46,435 nucleotides of DNA from Promethearchaeota archaeon (GTDB taxonomy: Archaea; Asgardarchaeota; Lokiarchaeia; Sigyniarchaeales; SOKP01): the NCBI GenBank assembly GCA_048940645.1, contig JBHLOI010000028.1, forward strand, positions 1 through 46,435, in the 5' to 3' direction. This document shows positions 1-9,590 of this stretch, in pieces. How positions within the stretch are numbered: position 1 is the first letter of the stretch; every line of letters starts with the position of its first letter. The position numbers and the translations under genes are program-made. The notes beneath the pieces were generated by a model. The model did no database searches and was not told the DNA's origin. It saw only the letters and a program-made list of their open reading frames with translations.

Positions 1-249
1 TGCTTTATTAGCCATGGAACTATGTTTACTAATGATCTTTTTGTTGATTCTCCAAATTTTGAGAGTTGGATTAGGAGAGAAACTAGGATAGGTAATGATG
101 TACGTATAGGTTCTAATGTTACTTTATTACCAGTAAAAGTAGGAGATAATTCAATCATAGGGGCTGGAGCAGTTGTAACTACGGACATACCAGCTAATTG
201 CGTTGTCGCAGGGAATCCAGCAAAAATAATAAAAAAACTAAAGGAGTAA
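1..249 (+). CDS. Hexapeptide-repeat sugar N-acetyltransferase, 5'-truncated by the window edge
   Basis: Frame is open from base 1 (CFISHGTMFTND...). It has left-handed beta-helix repeats IGNDVRIGSNVTLL / VGDNSIIGAGAVVT and C-terminal VAGNPAK, and is the first gene of a sugar operon. Confidence 0.9.
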   Translation, partial: CFISHGTMFTNDLFVDSPNFESWIRRETRIGNDVRIGSNVTLLPVKVGDNSIIGAGAVVTTDIPANCVVAGNPAKIIKKLKE

Positions 250-256
250 GATTATT

Positions 257-1147
257 ATGGATATTGGGATAGTTGGAATGGGGTATTGGGGAAAAATAAT
301 TTTAAGGAATTTAGAAAGTATGGGTAAAAATGATATTATAATATGTGATTTATCATTTCCAGAAAAGAGTAAATATCAAAACTACGACGCTTTTAATGAT
401 TATAAACAATTAGATTGTGAGTATGTATTTATTACAACACCAACAAGTACTCATTTTGATATTAGTAAATACTTTTTAGAAAAAAAAATTAATGTCTTTT
501 GTGAAAAACCTCTTACAACCTCAACTTTCGAAGCAGAGGCTTTATATGATATAGCACTTAAAAATAAAATTAAGTTATTTACAGATTGGATTTTTACGTT
601 TAATTCACATATTGAAACGATAAAGAAAGATTATGATAGCGGCAAATTAGGCAAAATTAGAAGTATATTTATGAATCGGTTAAATTTAGGACCTGAGAGA
701 TTTGATGTAAATGCTCGTTGGGATTTGGCATCTCATGATATTTCGATTATCCAATATCTTTTTTCTGAAAAACCTGTAAATATAAAATGGACAGATTATA
801 AAAGAAATAAAGAAGCAAAACAAGATGATAGTTCTTTAGGATTAATAGAATATAATGGATTTTTAGCATGTATTAATGCTAGCTGGCATTATAGAAAAAA
901 AGTAAGAGAATGTATTTTTGAATTTGATAATTATTTTATTGTTTGGGACGATTATAAAAGATTTTTACAATATGAAGATTCAGCTAACTTGAGTTTTCCA
1001 ATTTATTCAGGAAATTTGAGTTATCCGTGCAGCTCTTATCAAGAACCATTAAGAAATGCAATTGAAGCATTTTTTTCATTTAGTACGGAAGATTTAATTA
1101 AACAAAAAAAGTTAACATTAGAGACAATAAAAATATTGGAGGCGTAG
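257..1147 (+). CDS. Gfo/Idh/MocA family NAD-dependent oxidoreductase (nucleotide-sugar dehydrogenase-like)
   Basis: GIVGMGYWG Rossmann motif, CEKP motif, DLASHD motif. Confidence 0.9.
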   Translation: MDIGIVGMGYWGKIILRNLESMGKNDIIICDLSFPEKSKYQNYDAFNDYKQLDCEYVFITTPTSTHFDISKYFLEKKINVFCEKPLTTSTFEAEALYDIALKNKIKLFTDWIFTFNSHIETIKKDYDSGKLGKIRSIFMNRLNLGPERFDVNARWDLASHDISIIQYLFSEKPVNIKWTDYKRNKEAKQDDSSLGLIEYNGFLACINASWHYRKKVRECIFEFDNYFIVWDDYKRFLQYEDSANLSFPIYSGNLSYPCSSYQEPLRNAIEAFFSFSTEDLIKQKKLTLETIKILEA

Positions 1148-1151
1148 TTTT

Positions 1152-2273
1152 ATGGATATTATGTTTAATAATTTATCAAAACAATGGGATATTATAAAGC
1201 AGAATGTTACTCCAAGATTAGAAGTGCTTTTCAAAAAGTCTGATTTCATTGGTGGAAAAGCCATTGAGGAATTTGAAGAAAATTTTGCTCAATATTGTAG
1301 TACAAAATATGCGTTAGGTGTTTCAAATGGAACAGATGCGTTAAAGTTATCATTAGCAGCATTTAAAATCAATTCTCCATGTGGAGTAATTATTCCAGCT
1401 AATACTTTTATAGCTACTGCGTTAGCTATAACATATCTTAGCGATATAACTTACGATCTAGTTCTAATTGATTGCGATGAATATTATCAGATTGATGCTG
1501 AACTTTTAGAATCATATCTAAAGAAAAATAGAAATAAATGGGGATCTTGTGTAATTATTCCGGTTCATCTTTTTGGTCATCCATCAAATATGAAACGAAT
1601 TCTTGAACTTGCTGATGAATTTGATTGCTTAGTTTTAGAAGATTCTTCCCAGGCTCATGGAGCGTTAGTTTTAAATAAGAAAGTAGGAGGACTTGGAGAT
1701 ATTTCAGCTTTTTCCTTATATCCTGGTAAAAATTTAGGAGCTGCAGGAGATGCTGGAGTTATAACAACGAATAACAAAGAGTTATATGAAAAGATTAAAT
1801 CCTTAAGAAATCATGGATCACCTGTAAAATACCATTATGATTACAAAGGTTGGAATAATAGATTAGATACTATTCAAGCTATTATAGTAGACGAAAAGCT
1901 AAAACATTTAGATAAATGGAACGATATGAGAATTGAGGTAGCAAAAAAATATGATAATTTATTAGAAGATAATAACAATGTAATAATACCAAAAACAGCA
2001 CCTTATATTAATAAACAGGTTTATCATATTTATGCGATTAGGATAAAAAAAAGAGATAAACTTCAAACCTATTTAAAAGAGAATAATATCCCGACTATTA
2101 TTCACTATCCAATTCCTATTGAAAAAACCAAACCGTTTAAACATCTTGAGTCCTTTGATAATAAAAGAACAAAACAATATGCGAATGAGTTGTTAAGTCT
2201 CCCTATTCATCCATTTTTAACAGATGAGGAAATCGAGTACGTAGCAGCAAAAATTAATGCCTTTTTTGATTGA
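1152..2273 (+). CDS. DegT/DnrJ/EryC1/StrS PLP-dependent sugar aminotransferase
   Basis: SNGTDAL, PANTFIAT, PVHLFG, EDSSQAHGA, SLYPGKNLG (PLP lysine), NNRLDTIQA. Confidence 0.95.
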   Translation: MDIMFNNLSKQWDIIKQNVTPRLEVLFKKSDFIGGKAIEEFEENFAQYCSTKYALGVSNGTDALKLSLAAFKINSPCGVIIPANTFIATALAITYLSDITYDLVLIDCDEYYQIDAELLESYLKKNRNKWGSCVIIPVHLFGHPSNMKRILELADEFDCLVLEDSSQAHGALVLNKKVGGLGDISAFSLYPGKNLGAAGDAGVITTNNKELYEKIKSLRNHGSPVKYHYDYKGWNNRLDTIQAIIVDEKLKHLDKWNDMRIEVAKKYDNLLEDNNNVIIPKTAPYINKQVYHIYAIRIKKRDKLQTYLKENNIPTIIHYPIPIEKTKPFKHLESFDNKRTKQYANELLSLPIHPFLTDEEIEYVAAKINAFFD

Positions 2274-2347
2274 AGAAAATGTTAATTTAACTTTTTACTA
2301 AAGCTTAAAATGAATAGATCTTTTGAGAATAGTATTATTCTAAGTAA

Positions 2348-3406
2348 GTGGGAAAAAAAATGAATAATGAAAATTATAGAGAGAATAAGTCTTTTTTAGA
2401 AAAAATTTTAGATCATAAAGGAATAATTCTTATTGCTGCTGGAATTATTATTAGGATTTTTATGCTTCTTTATTATTATTACCAACTCCCTTCAAATAAT
2501 CCAGATCTCTGGGGAGATCTTGGTAAAAATTATAATGGTGATTTTTATTATCCTCCATTCACTATGTTGTTATTAAATGTGTTTAGAGTCATGTCAATTG
2601 ATATGATTGTGATATTTGCCTTTTGGGCTTTTCTTTTAGATATAATTGTAATGATATTATTCTACTTTGTGTTAAAGAGTTTTGAAATAAGTAATTTGAA
2701 ATATGTTTTTGGATTATTTCTAATAAACCCATTCTTCTTTTTAAATAATGTATTTAGTTTAACAAATTGTGGTTACCACATAACTGATTCATTCTTTTTT
2801 ATCTTTTTATTTTTAGCTTTATTTTTTTACCCACGAAAAGAAGAGTGGAGCAAATATTTGTTTTATATCTTTCTAGCATTATCCGCTGTCGCAAAGATTT
2901 ATACTCTACCGATTATAGGATTTTTCTTTCTTAAGTTTTTAATTGAGAAAAATTGGAAAGAGATGAAGAAATTTTTAATTTGCACGGTACCAATCGTTTT
3001 TGTATTCCTTGTTACCCCTATTTTTTATGAAGAAAATTATCTTTATCTTGTTTTCTTATGGAATCAAAAGGGTGAAGAGGCAGTGCCATTATATATTAGA
3101 TTAATTATTGTTGGGATTATAAGTATATTTTACATTTTCTTTAGACTTAAAAAAGCGGGGATTATCGAGATTACATTCTTCTCAATATTAGTTATGGCTG
3201 TTTTTCTTTTCTTTAGTCTTCCCTTTATAAGATATTTCCAACCCCTGTTAATCTACGGAATATTAACCCCCTATGTGTTTTTTACCTTTACATTAAATCT
3301 TGGATTTATTAAAAGAAAAATTGTTTTTGACAATAACTTATTGGTATTTTACTCCTCCTTTATTTTAGTGGGTATAGCCTATTTAATTATAATATTTATA
3401 TTATAG
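2348..3406 (+). CDS. Polytopic membrane protein, probable GT-C fold glycosyltransferase (GT87/DUF2029-like)
   Basis: About 9-10 hydrophobic segments, a YYPP motif in the first loop and AKIYTLP. Follows the sugar operon. The start may be the ATG at 2360. Confidence 0.55.
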   Translation: MGKKMNNENYRENKSFLEKILDHKGIILIAAGIIIRIFMLLYYYYQLPSNNPDLWGDLGKNYNGDFYYPPFTMLLLNVFRVMSIDMIVIFAFWAFLLDIIVMILFYFVLKSFEISNLKYVFGLFLINPFFFLNNVFSLTNCGYHITDSFFFIFLFLALFFYPRKEEWSKYLFYIFLALSAVAKIYTLPIIGFFFLKFLIEKNWKEMKKFLICTVPIVFVFLVTPIFYEENYLYLVFLWNQKGEEAVPLYIRLIIVGIISIFYIFFRLKKAGIIEITFFSILVMAVFLFFSLPFIRYFQPLLIYGILTPYVFFTFTLNLGFIKRKIVFDNNLLVFYSSFILVGIAYLIIIFIL

Positions 3407-3424
3407 TAATTCTCTTTCAGCTAT

Positions 3425-4663
3425 TTAACCAACCAGTTGGATGCTAGTAGGAAATACTGCAACTTTAGGATTAGTGCCATATAATTTTCCTAAATTTTCT
3501 ATTAACCTACTCCATTTATTAAATAACTCAACTGATTCAGGAAAGAAATGATTTTTATCAAATTCATTAATATTGGGAGAGAATAAATAAAACTTTCTTC
3601 TTTTAGCAAAGGCTTTCCAAAGAATACTCTCAATTAAATTTTTATATAACTTTGAGCCTGTTTCAGCTAAAAGACTATGATATCCTCTTCCTTCATAAGA
3701 AGAAGTCATTATTACTATTGCACCGCTTCTTTCTAACATATTATTTGGTGCTGTCATAAGCAAATTAAATGCTTTATATTGCGCTTGACTAAGTTCTGAG
3801 TCTTCTGGAAATGAATTAAAGAAACATATTTGATTATTTAAAGTAACCATTGTTGAATAACATTGATTAGCAAAGTCCATTGCCTTTCTGTGAGCTTCTA
3901 TAAAATGACCCGAAAATAATCTAGCAATTCTTCCTTCTTCATTTAAGATTGCATTTATAGAAAAATCTAATCCTACCTTTTTAGCAACTTCTTCGATATC
4001 TCTTCTTATATCTGTCATTCTTCCGATGCCTGCACCTATTCCTCTCATTCCAGCAGAATGGCTTGCTTCTAATGTACGTATTCCACATACTCCGGGAAGT
4101 ACAATCTTTGCACCTCCGCCAAAACCAGCCAAAGCATGCGGTATTACACCTCCTATAGCGATTTTTAAATCTGCTTTAAGATATGTTGAATTGACATCAA
4201 TAGGCGTCCCCTTATTAGAATTCCCTATATATGTCAAATTCTCATAAGGATGATGATTTTCAATTCTTATTGTATTAACATTCTCTATTCCAAGTTTCAA
4301 TATGAAATCTTGTCTATTCATAGGTCGATGAGCTCCTATAGCTGCAATAATTGTAATTTGATCTTTTTGGATCTCTGCCTTTTCTAATTCACTAAGAACA
4401 TGGGGGAGAATTCTTGAAATTTGAGTAGTTCTTGTCATGTCATCAATTACTATTACTATATTTTCTTTTTCCTTTGCAATTTCAGATAATTTTGGAGTTC
4501 CTATTGGATTTAAGATAGAAGATTTAATCCCTTCATCAGATAATTCTTCATGCTGAGCTCCCCTCATTCTACAAGCAACAACATCCCAAGATACTGGAAA
4601 CTTCAAATCAAGAAAATCGGGTTCTCGCCAGGCGGCCCATGGCACTTTAATAGTGTTAGACAA
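3425..4663 (-). CDS. larA: LarA-family nickel-pincer-dependent racemase/epimerase
   Basis: DDMTR, GAHRPM, PHALAGFGGGAKIVLPG motifs. TTG start preceded by an AAGGGA SD-like site. Confidence 0.85.
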   Translation of the reverse strand: MSNTIKVPWAAWREPDFLDLKFPVSWDVVACRMRGAQHEELSDEGIKSSILNPIGTPKLSEIAKEKENIVIVIDDMTRTTQISRILPHVLSELEKAEIQKDQITIIAAIGAHRPMNRQDFILKLGIENVNTIRIENHHPYENLTYIGNSNKGTPIDVNSTYLKADLKIAIGGVIPHALAGFGGGAKIVLPGVCGIRTLEASHSAGMRGIGAGIGRMTDIRRDIEEVAKKVGLDFSINAILNEEGRIARLFSGHFIEAHRKAMDFANQCYSTMVTLNNQICFFNSFPEDSELSQAQYKAFNLLMTAPNNMLERSGAIVIMTSSYEGRGYHSLLAETGSKLYKNLIESILWKAFAKRRKFYLFSPNINEFDKNHFFPESVELFNKWSRLIENLGKLYGTNPKVAVFPTSIQLVG

Positions 4664-4748
4664 TAAATATTCCCTTAGTTTAAGATACTTTTTGTTTATT
4701 AATTAATAAAAAAATATTAAATTATTGAAGTAATCTCAAATTTCAAAA

Positions 4749-5231
4749 GTGAATCTAAAGATCATGAATGATATCAATAAAGATAGAATTTCAAAAGACG
4801 TTTATTTTATGAAGATTGCTGAAGTTGTATCTTTAAGATCTACTTGTATGAAAAGAAAAGTTGGTGCTGTATTAGTAAAAGATTCACATATCGTTTCTAC
4901 TGGATATAATGGAGCTCCTCCTGGTTTTAAACATTGTACATCTGACACTTGCGTTCGAAAAAGCTTAAAAAGTGGAGAAAAACCAGAATTATGTCGTGGT
5001 GTCCACGCCGAAATAAATTGCATAATTCAGGCGGCTATTCATGGTACATCTATAAAGGGAGATACCATATTATATACTACAACATTTCCTTGTATGAGTT
5101 GCTTAAAATTACTTATAAGTGCTGGTGTTAAAAGATTATTATACAAGGAAGGATATAATATGGAGAATAAGGTTAAAGAATCCTTATTAAAAGAATCTTC
5201 CTTAATTATAGAGGAGTTTAAACAGTTTTAA
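4749..5231 (+). CDS. dCMP deaminase family protein
   Basis: RSTC..RKVGAV, TGYNG, HAEIN and PCMSC zinc deaminase motifs. Confidence 0.92.
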   Translation: MNLKIMNDINKDRISKDVYFMKIAEVVSLRSTCMKRKVGAVLVKDSHIVSTGYNGAPPGFKHCTSDTCVRKSLKSGEKPELCRGVHAEINCIIQAAIHGTSIKGDTILYTTTFPCMSCLKLLISAGVKRLLYKEGYNMENKVKESLLKESSLIIEEFKQF

Positions 5232-5314
5232 TTGATTTGAATATATTAAAAAAAATGTAAATAAATCATAAAAGCTAATAATGTACTTTAATTTCTTAAT
5301 TAAATCTTTCAAGA

Positions 5315-6760
5315 ATGGGTGTAATTAATAAATTGGTGATTAAAAGAGATAATTTAATTGTCATGAAATTCGGAGGTTCCTGCTTACAAAATAAAGATTC
5401 TTTCGATCAAATTCTCAAAATAATAACTCAATATAAAGAAAAGAATAAATTGATCATTGTAACCTCTGCTATAAATGGAATAACTGATAAATTAATAGAG
5501 TTCTATGAAAGATCTTGTATAGAGGATGAAACATGTAATTTAATCATCAATGAAATTTATGATTTGCATGAAAATTTGTTAAACCAATTATTTTCTCAAG
5601 GCAAAGCTGAACATATTGAGACTATAAAATTTATTCAAAGAAACATTGAAGAGATAAAAGAAGTAGGTAAAGTGGTAAGATTAATTAGACCCAGTTTAGA
5701 CATTCAAGATTTGATAAATTCTTATGGAGAAAGACTTAGTACATTCATCTTATCAGAGTATTTAAAATCAAATAAAATTAACGCAGTGTATATATCTTCG
5801 GATGGATTAATCCTTACTGACGATAATTTTTCTCGAGCTTTACCTTTATTGGAAGAAACAGAAGAATTAGTTAAAAAAATGCTAATTCCTATAATAGAGA
5901 GTTCTACAAAGGAAATAATTTGTGCTCCAGGGTATTACGGTTCGACATTAGATAAAAAAATTACTACTTTAGGTAGGGGTGGTAGTGATCTCACAGCTGC
6001 TATTCTTGCATATTCCTTAAGAAGTAAATATGATTGTAAAGTTATCTATTGGAAAGATGTTAAAGGATTTTTAAATGCTGATCCAAAAATAGCAAAAAAA
6101 ACTGCCCTTCTAAAACAAATTTCGTATATTGAAGCGAAAGAACTTGCATTTTTTGGCTCAAAAATCTTACACCCACTTTGCTTGGATATGAATGAGAAAG
6201 GAAACATTCCTTCTGAAATAAGAAGCTTTAAAGAACCCGAATCTGAGGAATTTACGACTATTACTAAAGAAATTATAAAAGATGATAATGTGGTAAAGGC
6301 AATAACTTCAATATATAAACTTTCAATGGTTACTGTTGAAAGTGATACTATGGTTCCTTTAACTGGTACTGCTTCAAAATTATTTTCTCTTTTAGGTGAT
6401 AACAATATAAATACTGTCTTTATATCTCAAAGTTCATCAGAAAATAATATAACTTTTGGAATTGACTATGAAGATTCTAAAAAGGTTAGTTTTATCTTAA
6501 GAAATTCTGATTTATTTGGTAAAAAATGGTTTAGAATTAAAATTGACAATGATATCTCTTTAGTTGCAGTAATAGGAGCTGGTCTATTATATACTCCTGG
6601 TATTGCTGGAAAAGTATTTACAACTTTAGGAAATAATGAAATTAATATAAAAGCAATTGCTCAAGGCTCATCAGAAATGAATTTTACTGCAATTATCGAC
6701 AGAATTAATTGTGATAGAGCAATTAATGTGTTATATGATGCTTTTATAAATCAAAATTAA
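5315..6760 (+). CDS. lysC: Aspartate kinase with two ACT domains
   Basis: MKFGGS, VTSA, GERLS, TTLGRGGSD, DVKG...ADP, SYIEAKELAFFGSKILHP, plus C-terminal ACT repeats (SQSSSE, AQGSSE). Confidence 0.93.
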   Translation: MGVINKLVIKRDNLIVMKFGGSCLQNKDSFDQILKIITQYKEKNKLIIVTSAINGITDKLIEFYERSCIEDETCNLIINEIYDLHENLLNQLFSQGKAEHIETIKFIQRNIEEIKEVGKVVRLIRPSLDIQDLINSYGERLSTFILSEYLKSNKINAVYISSDGLILTDDNFSRALPLLEETEELVKKMLIPIIESSTKEIICAPGYYGSTLDKKITTLGRGGSDLTAAILAYSLRSKYDCKVIYWKDVKGFLNADPKIAKKTALLKQISYIEAKELAFFGSKILHPLCLDMNEKGNIPSEIRSFKEPESEEFTTITKEIIKDDNVVKAITSIYKLSMVTVESDTMVPLTGTASKLFSLLGDNNINTVFISQSSSENNITFGIDYEDSKKVSFILRNSDLFGKKWFRIKIDNDISLVAVIGAGLLYTPGIAGKVFTTLGNNEINIKAIAQGSSEMNFTAIIDRINCDRAINVLYDAFINQN

Positions 6761-6773
6761 AATTTTAAAAAAT

Positions 6774-8009
6774 CTAAAAAAAACTTTTAAAAACCTCTCT
6801 TGCTGCACTTTCTCTATGATCTCGTCTTTCATGATTTGAAAGTTTATTTATTAAAGCTTCATTACAAATCTTTTTGCCAATATTAACTTTTGGATTACTT
6901 GCCCAGTTAACATCTAATAAAAGGCAAAAATAATACACGGTACTCTGAATAAAAGCAATTAATTGCCCAATTTTTAAAGCATTTGAAGTTTCTAATGAAA
7001 TTTTCGCTGATGGAACACCTTGTTCTATTAAAGCTTGAAAGGTTGCATCTGCTTGATAGTTTACTATTGATTGTGCTGTTTGTCCATGTATATAATCAAT
7101 ACTAGATTCTAATCTTAAATCTAATAATTCATTTTCCTCAGTCCAAATAATTGGAATTACAATGCCCTTTGTTCCACCAAGAAGATATTCTAATACTGAG
7201 TGTTGGCATAAAGGTGCCGATTGATAGGCTCCCATAAAACCTCGCTCGCTCTTTCCACTACTTTCGGAAATTTCTTGTACAAAAAGAGCTACAGATCCTT
7301 CAAGATTTATGGAGTATGGCATAGAGAATACAATCTTATATCCTTTATTATATAAATTGAATAAGAAAGCGGAAAACTCCGTGCTAGGATTTATATCATA
7401 GTTCATGAACAAATCGTAACCTTCTTCTAAGCCTTTTATAAAGTTATTAATATCAATACCAGCTAGATATGCTGGGACGATAGCAACGTTAGATATAGAT
7501 GCAGCAAATCTTCCTGGTAAATCAGGAACTTCAAGAAGTGGACAATTAATCTTTTTTAAAATCTTATTCATAGTACCTTTAGATGATAAACCTAAGAAAT
7601 TATATCCTTTTTTTATAAATGTCCCAATAGTGGAATTAATATCTAGAGTTTCACCTCCTCGGGATATTGGAATAACTATTGAATCTTTTGGTGTTGTACT
7701 TTCTAAACATAACTTTAACTCTACTGCTCGAGAGCTAGTGATAGGATATATTTTTTTTTGGGATAAATGTGTTAATGCTAATAATGTTTGTATAGATCCT
7801 CCTGTACCTAAAACAATAATATTCTGAAGATTATCGATACTAAGAGAATCAACTACTGACTTAATATTATCCAGATTAATAAAAGTGTTAGTATCTACGA
7901 AAAAAGGAGAATCCCAATTCTCTTTTCTTTCAGCAATAATATTGATTATTTCTCCTATTTGTATATTTTTAAGTTTTGGATAATACTCTAATTCAAGATC
8001 TTTACCCAT
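6774..8009 (-). CDS. Double-SIS phosphosugar isomerase, divergent glucose-6-phosphate isomerase-like
   Basis: GTGGS, SRGGET, PGRF, QEISESSGK, QHS and PKVNIGK match the order of PGI motifs. Confidence 0.75.
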   Translation of the reverse strand: MGKDLELEYYPKLKNIQIGEIINIIAERKENWDSPFFVDTNTFINLDNIKSVVDSLSIDNLQNIIVLGTGGSIQTLLALTHLSQKKIYPITSSRAVELKLCLESTTPKDSIVIPISRGGETLDINSTIGTFIKKGYNFLGLSSKGTMNKILKKINCPLLEVPDLPGRFAASISNVAIVPAYLAGIDINNFIKGLEEGYDLFMNYDINPSTEFSAFLFNLYNKGYKIVFSMPYSINLEGSVALFVQEISESSGKSERGFMGAYQSAPLCQHSVLEYLLGGTKGIVIPIIWTEENELLDLRLESSIDYIHGQTAQSIVNYQADATFQALIEQGVPSAKISLETSNALKIGQLIAFIQSTVYYFCLLLDVNWASNPKVNIGKKICNEALINKLSNHERRDHRESAAREVFKSFF

Positions 8010-8222
8010 TTTTTAATCACATTAATTTTCTAATCAAATTTTATCTTTAAATATTAGATTTCTTTTCTTCTTTTATTATATTATCTATTTTCTAAGTTTT
8101 GGATAATTAAAAATTGAAAAATTAGAAGTCTATTTTATTTAAAATATCTTTCCTCGTATTTATACCATAATTAATTTCATATATTTAAATTACACTAAAT
8201 TTTAAATTATAAGTGATAGTAT

Positions 8223-9497
8223 ATGGCAAAAGCTAGCGAAATAAAAAATGAGAGTAATGGTGGGATTGGCGAAGCTTATTATTGTATAGAATGTAAAAGA
8301 AATCATACTAAAGGAAAGATTTATAAAGAACATCTTCAATTTGCAAAAACTGAAAAAGATGGAGAAGAAATTACAGAAGATGATGAATTAGAATTGAATG
8401 AAAATGATTATAGTGAACAAGAAGATATAGATTTGGAAGAAGAAATAGAAGATACAGAATTGGAAGAAGAAATAGAAGATACAGAATTGGAAGAAGAATT
8501 TGAGGATGATATTGATTCTGATCTTGAAGAAGAAAATTTTAATGATGATGCTCAAATTTGTGTTGAAGCTGTAAAAAAGCTCCCGGGAGTGGGAGATGCA
8601 ACACTTAAAAAGCTAATTAAAGCAGGTTTTAATAGCCTTGAATCTATAGCATATACACCTCCTAGTGTTATTCAAGAAGAATCTGGATTGGGAGACAAAA
8701 CTACAGCAAAATTAATCAAAGCATCAATGGAAAAATTAAATATTGGATTTAAATCTGCTGAAGATGTGTGGGAACATAGGAAAAATATTGCTCGGATTTC
8801 AACAGGGAGTCAAGAACTTGATGATTTATTAGGAGGAGGGCTAGAAACAGGGTGTGTAACAGAATTTTTTGGAGAATTTAGAACTGGCAAAACTCAAATT
8901 GGCCATCAATTATGTGTGAATGCTCAGTTATCTAGAGAAAAAGGAGGCCTTGAAGGTAATGCTTTATATATTGATACAGAAGGCACTTTTAGACCAGAAA
9001 GAATAATTCAAATGTCTGAAGGTCTTGATCTTGATCATAAGAGAGTATTAAAAAATATTATCTTTGGTCGAGCTTACAATTCAGATCATCAAATTCTCTT
9101 GATCAAAGAAGCTGCAAATCTGATTAAAGATAAAAATATCAAAGTAATAGTAGTTGATTCATTAATTGGGCATTTTAGAAGTGAATATATAGGGAGAGGC
9201 ACCCTAGCAAACCGTCAACAATTAATTAATTCACATCTACATGACTTATTAAGATTAGCTGATATTTATCCAGAACTGGGAATAGTTGTTACAAACCAAG
9301 TTCAATCTAAACCAGATGTTTTCTATGGAAATCCCTTACGAGCGGCAGGTGGCAACGTAGTCGCACATGGTTCCACTATCAGAGTCTATTTAAGGAAAGG
9401 GAAGGGAGAACAAAGAATAGCCAAAATAGTTGATGCTCCTCATCTTCCTGAAGGAGAAGCTGTATTTAGTATTACAGAAAACGGTATATCAGACTAA
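8223..9497 (+). CDS. radA: DNA repair and recombination protein RadA with an N-terminal zinc-finger/acidic extension
   Basis: HhH LPGVG, FxxA motif GFKSA, Walker [21 protein letters not shown], Walker [18 protein letters not shown]. Confidence 0.96.
   Translation: MAKASEIKNESNGGIGEAYYCIECKRNHTKGKIYKEHLQFAKTEKDGEEITEDDELELNENDYSEQEDIDLEEEIEDTELEEEIEDTELEEEFEDDIDSDLEEENFNDDAQICVEAVKKLPGVGDATLKKLIKAGFNSLESIAYTPPSVIQEESGLGDKTTAKLIKASMEKLNIGFKSAEDVWEHRKNIARISTGSQELDDLLGGGLETGCVTEFFGEFRTGKTQIGHQLCVNAQLSREKGGLEGNALYIDTEGTFRPERIIQMSEGLDLDHKRVLKNIIFGRAYNSDHQILLIKEAANLIKDKNIKVIVVDSLIGHFRSEYIGRGTLANRQQLINSHLHDLLRLADIYPELGIVVTNQVQSKPDVFYGNPLRAAGGNVVAHGSTIRVYLRKGKGEQRIAKIVDAPHLPEGEAVFSITENGISD
8433..8498 (+). 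repeat. 27-bp in-frame tandem repeat (TTGGAAGAAGAAATAGAAGATACAGAA), 2 exact copies plus a 12-bp partial
   Basis: Copies at 8433-8459 and 8460-8486, partial at 8487-8498. Encodes LEEEIEDTE repeats in the RadA linker. Confidence 0.95.
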
Positions 9498-9590
9498 AGT
9501 TCCCTAATTTTTAATTTAAGATAACAAAATTAGTGTTTTAATTCTAATTTTTTTAAAAAAAAGTAAAAGAAATAATAAAAATAGTTAGGA

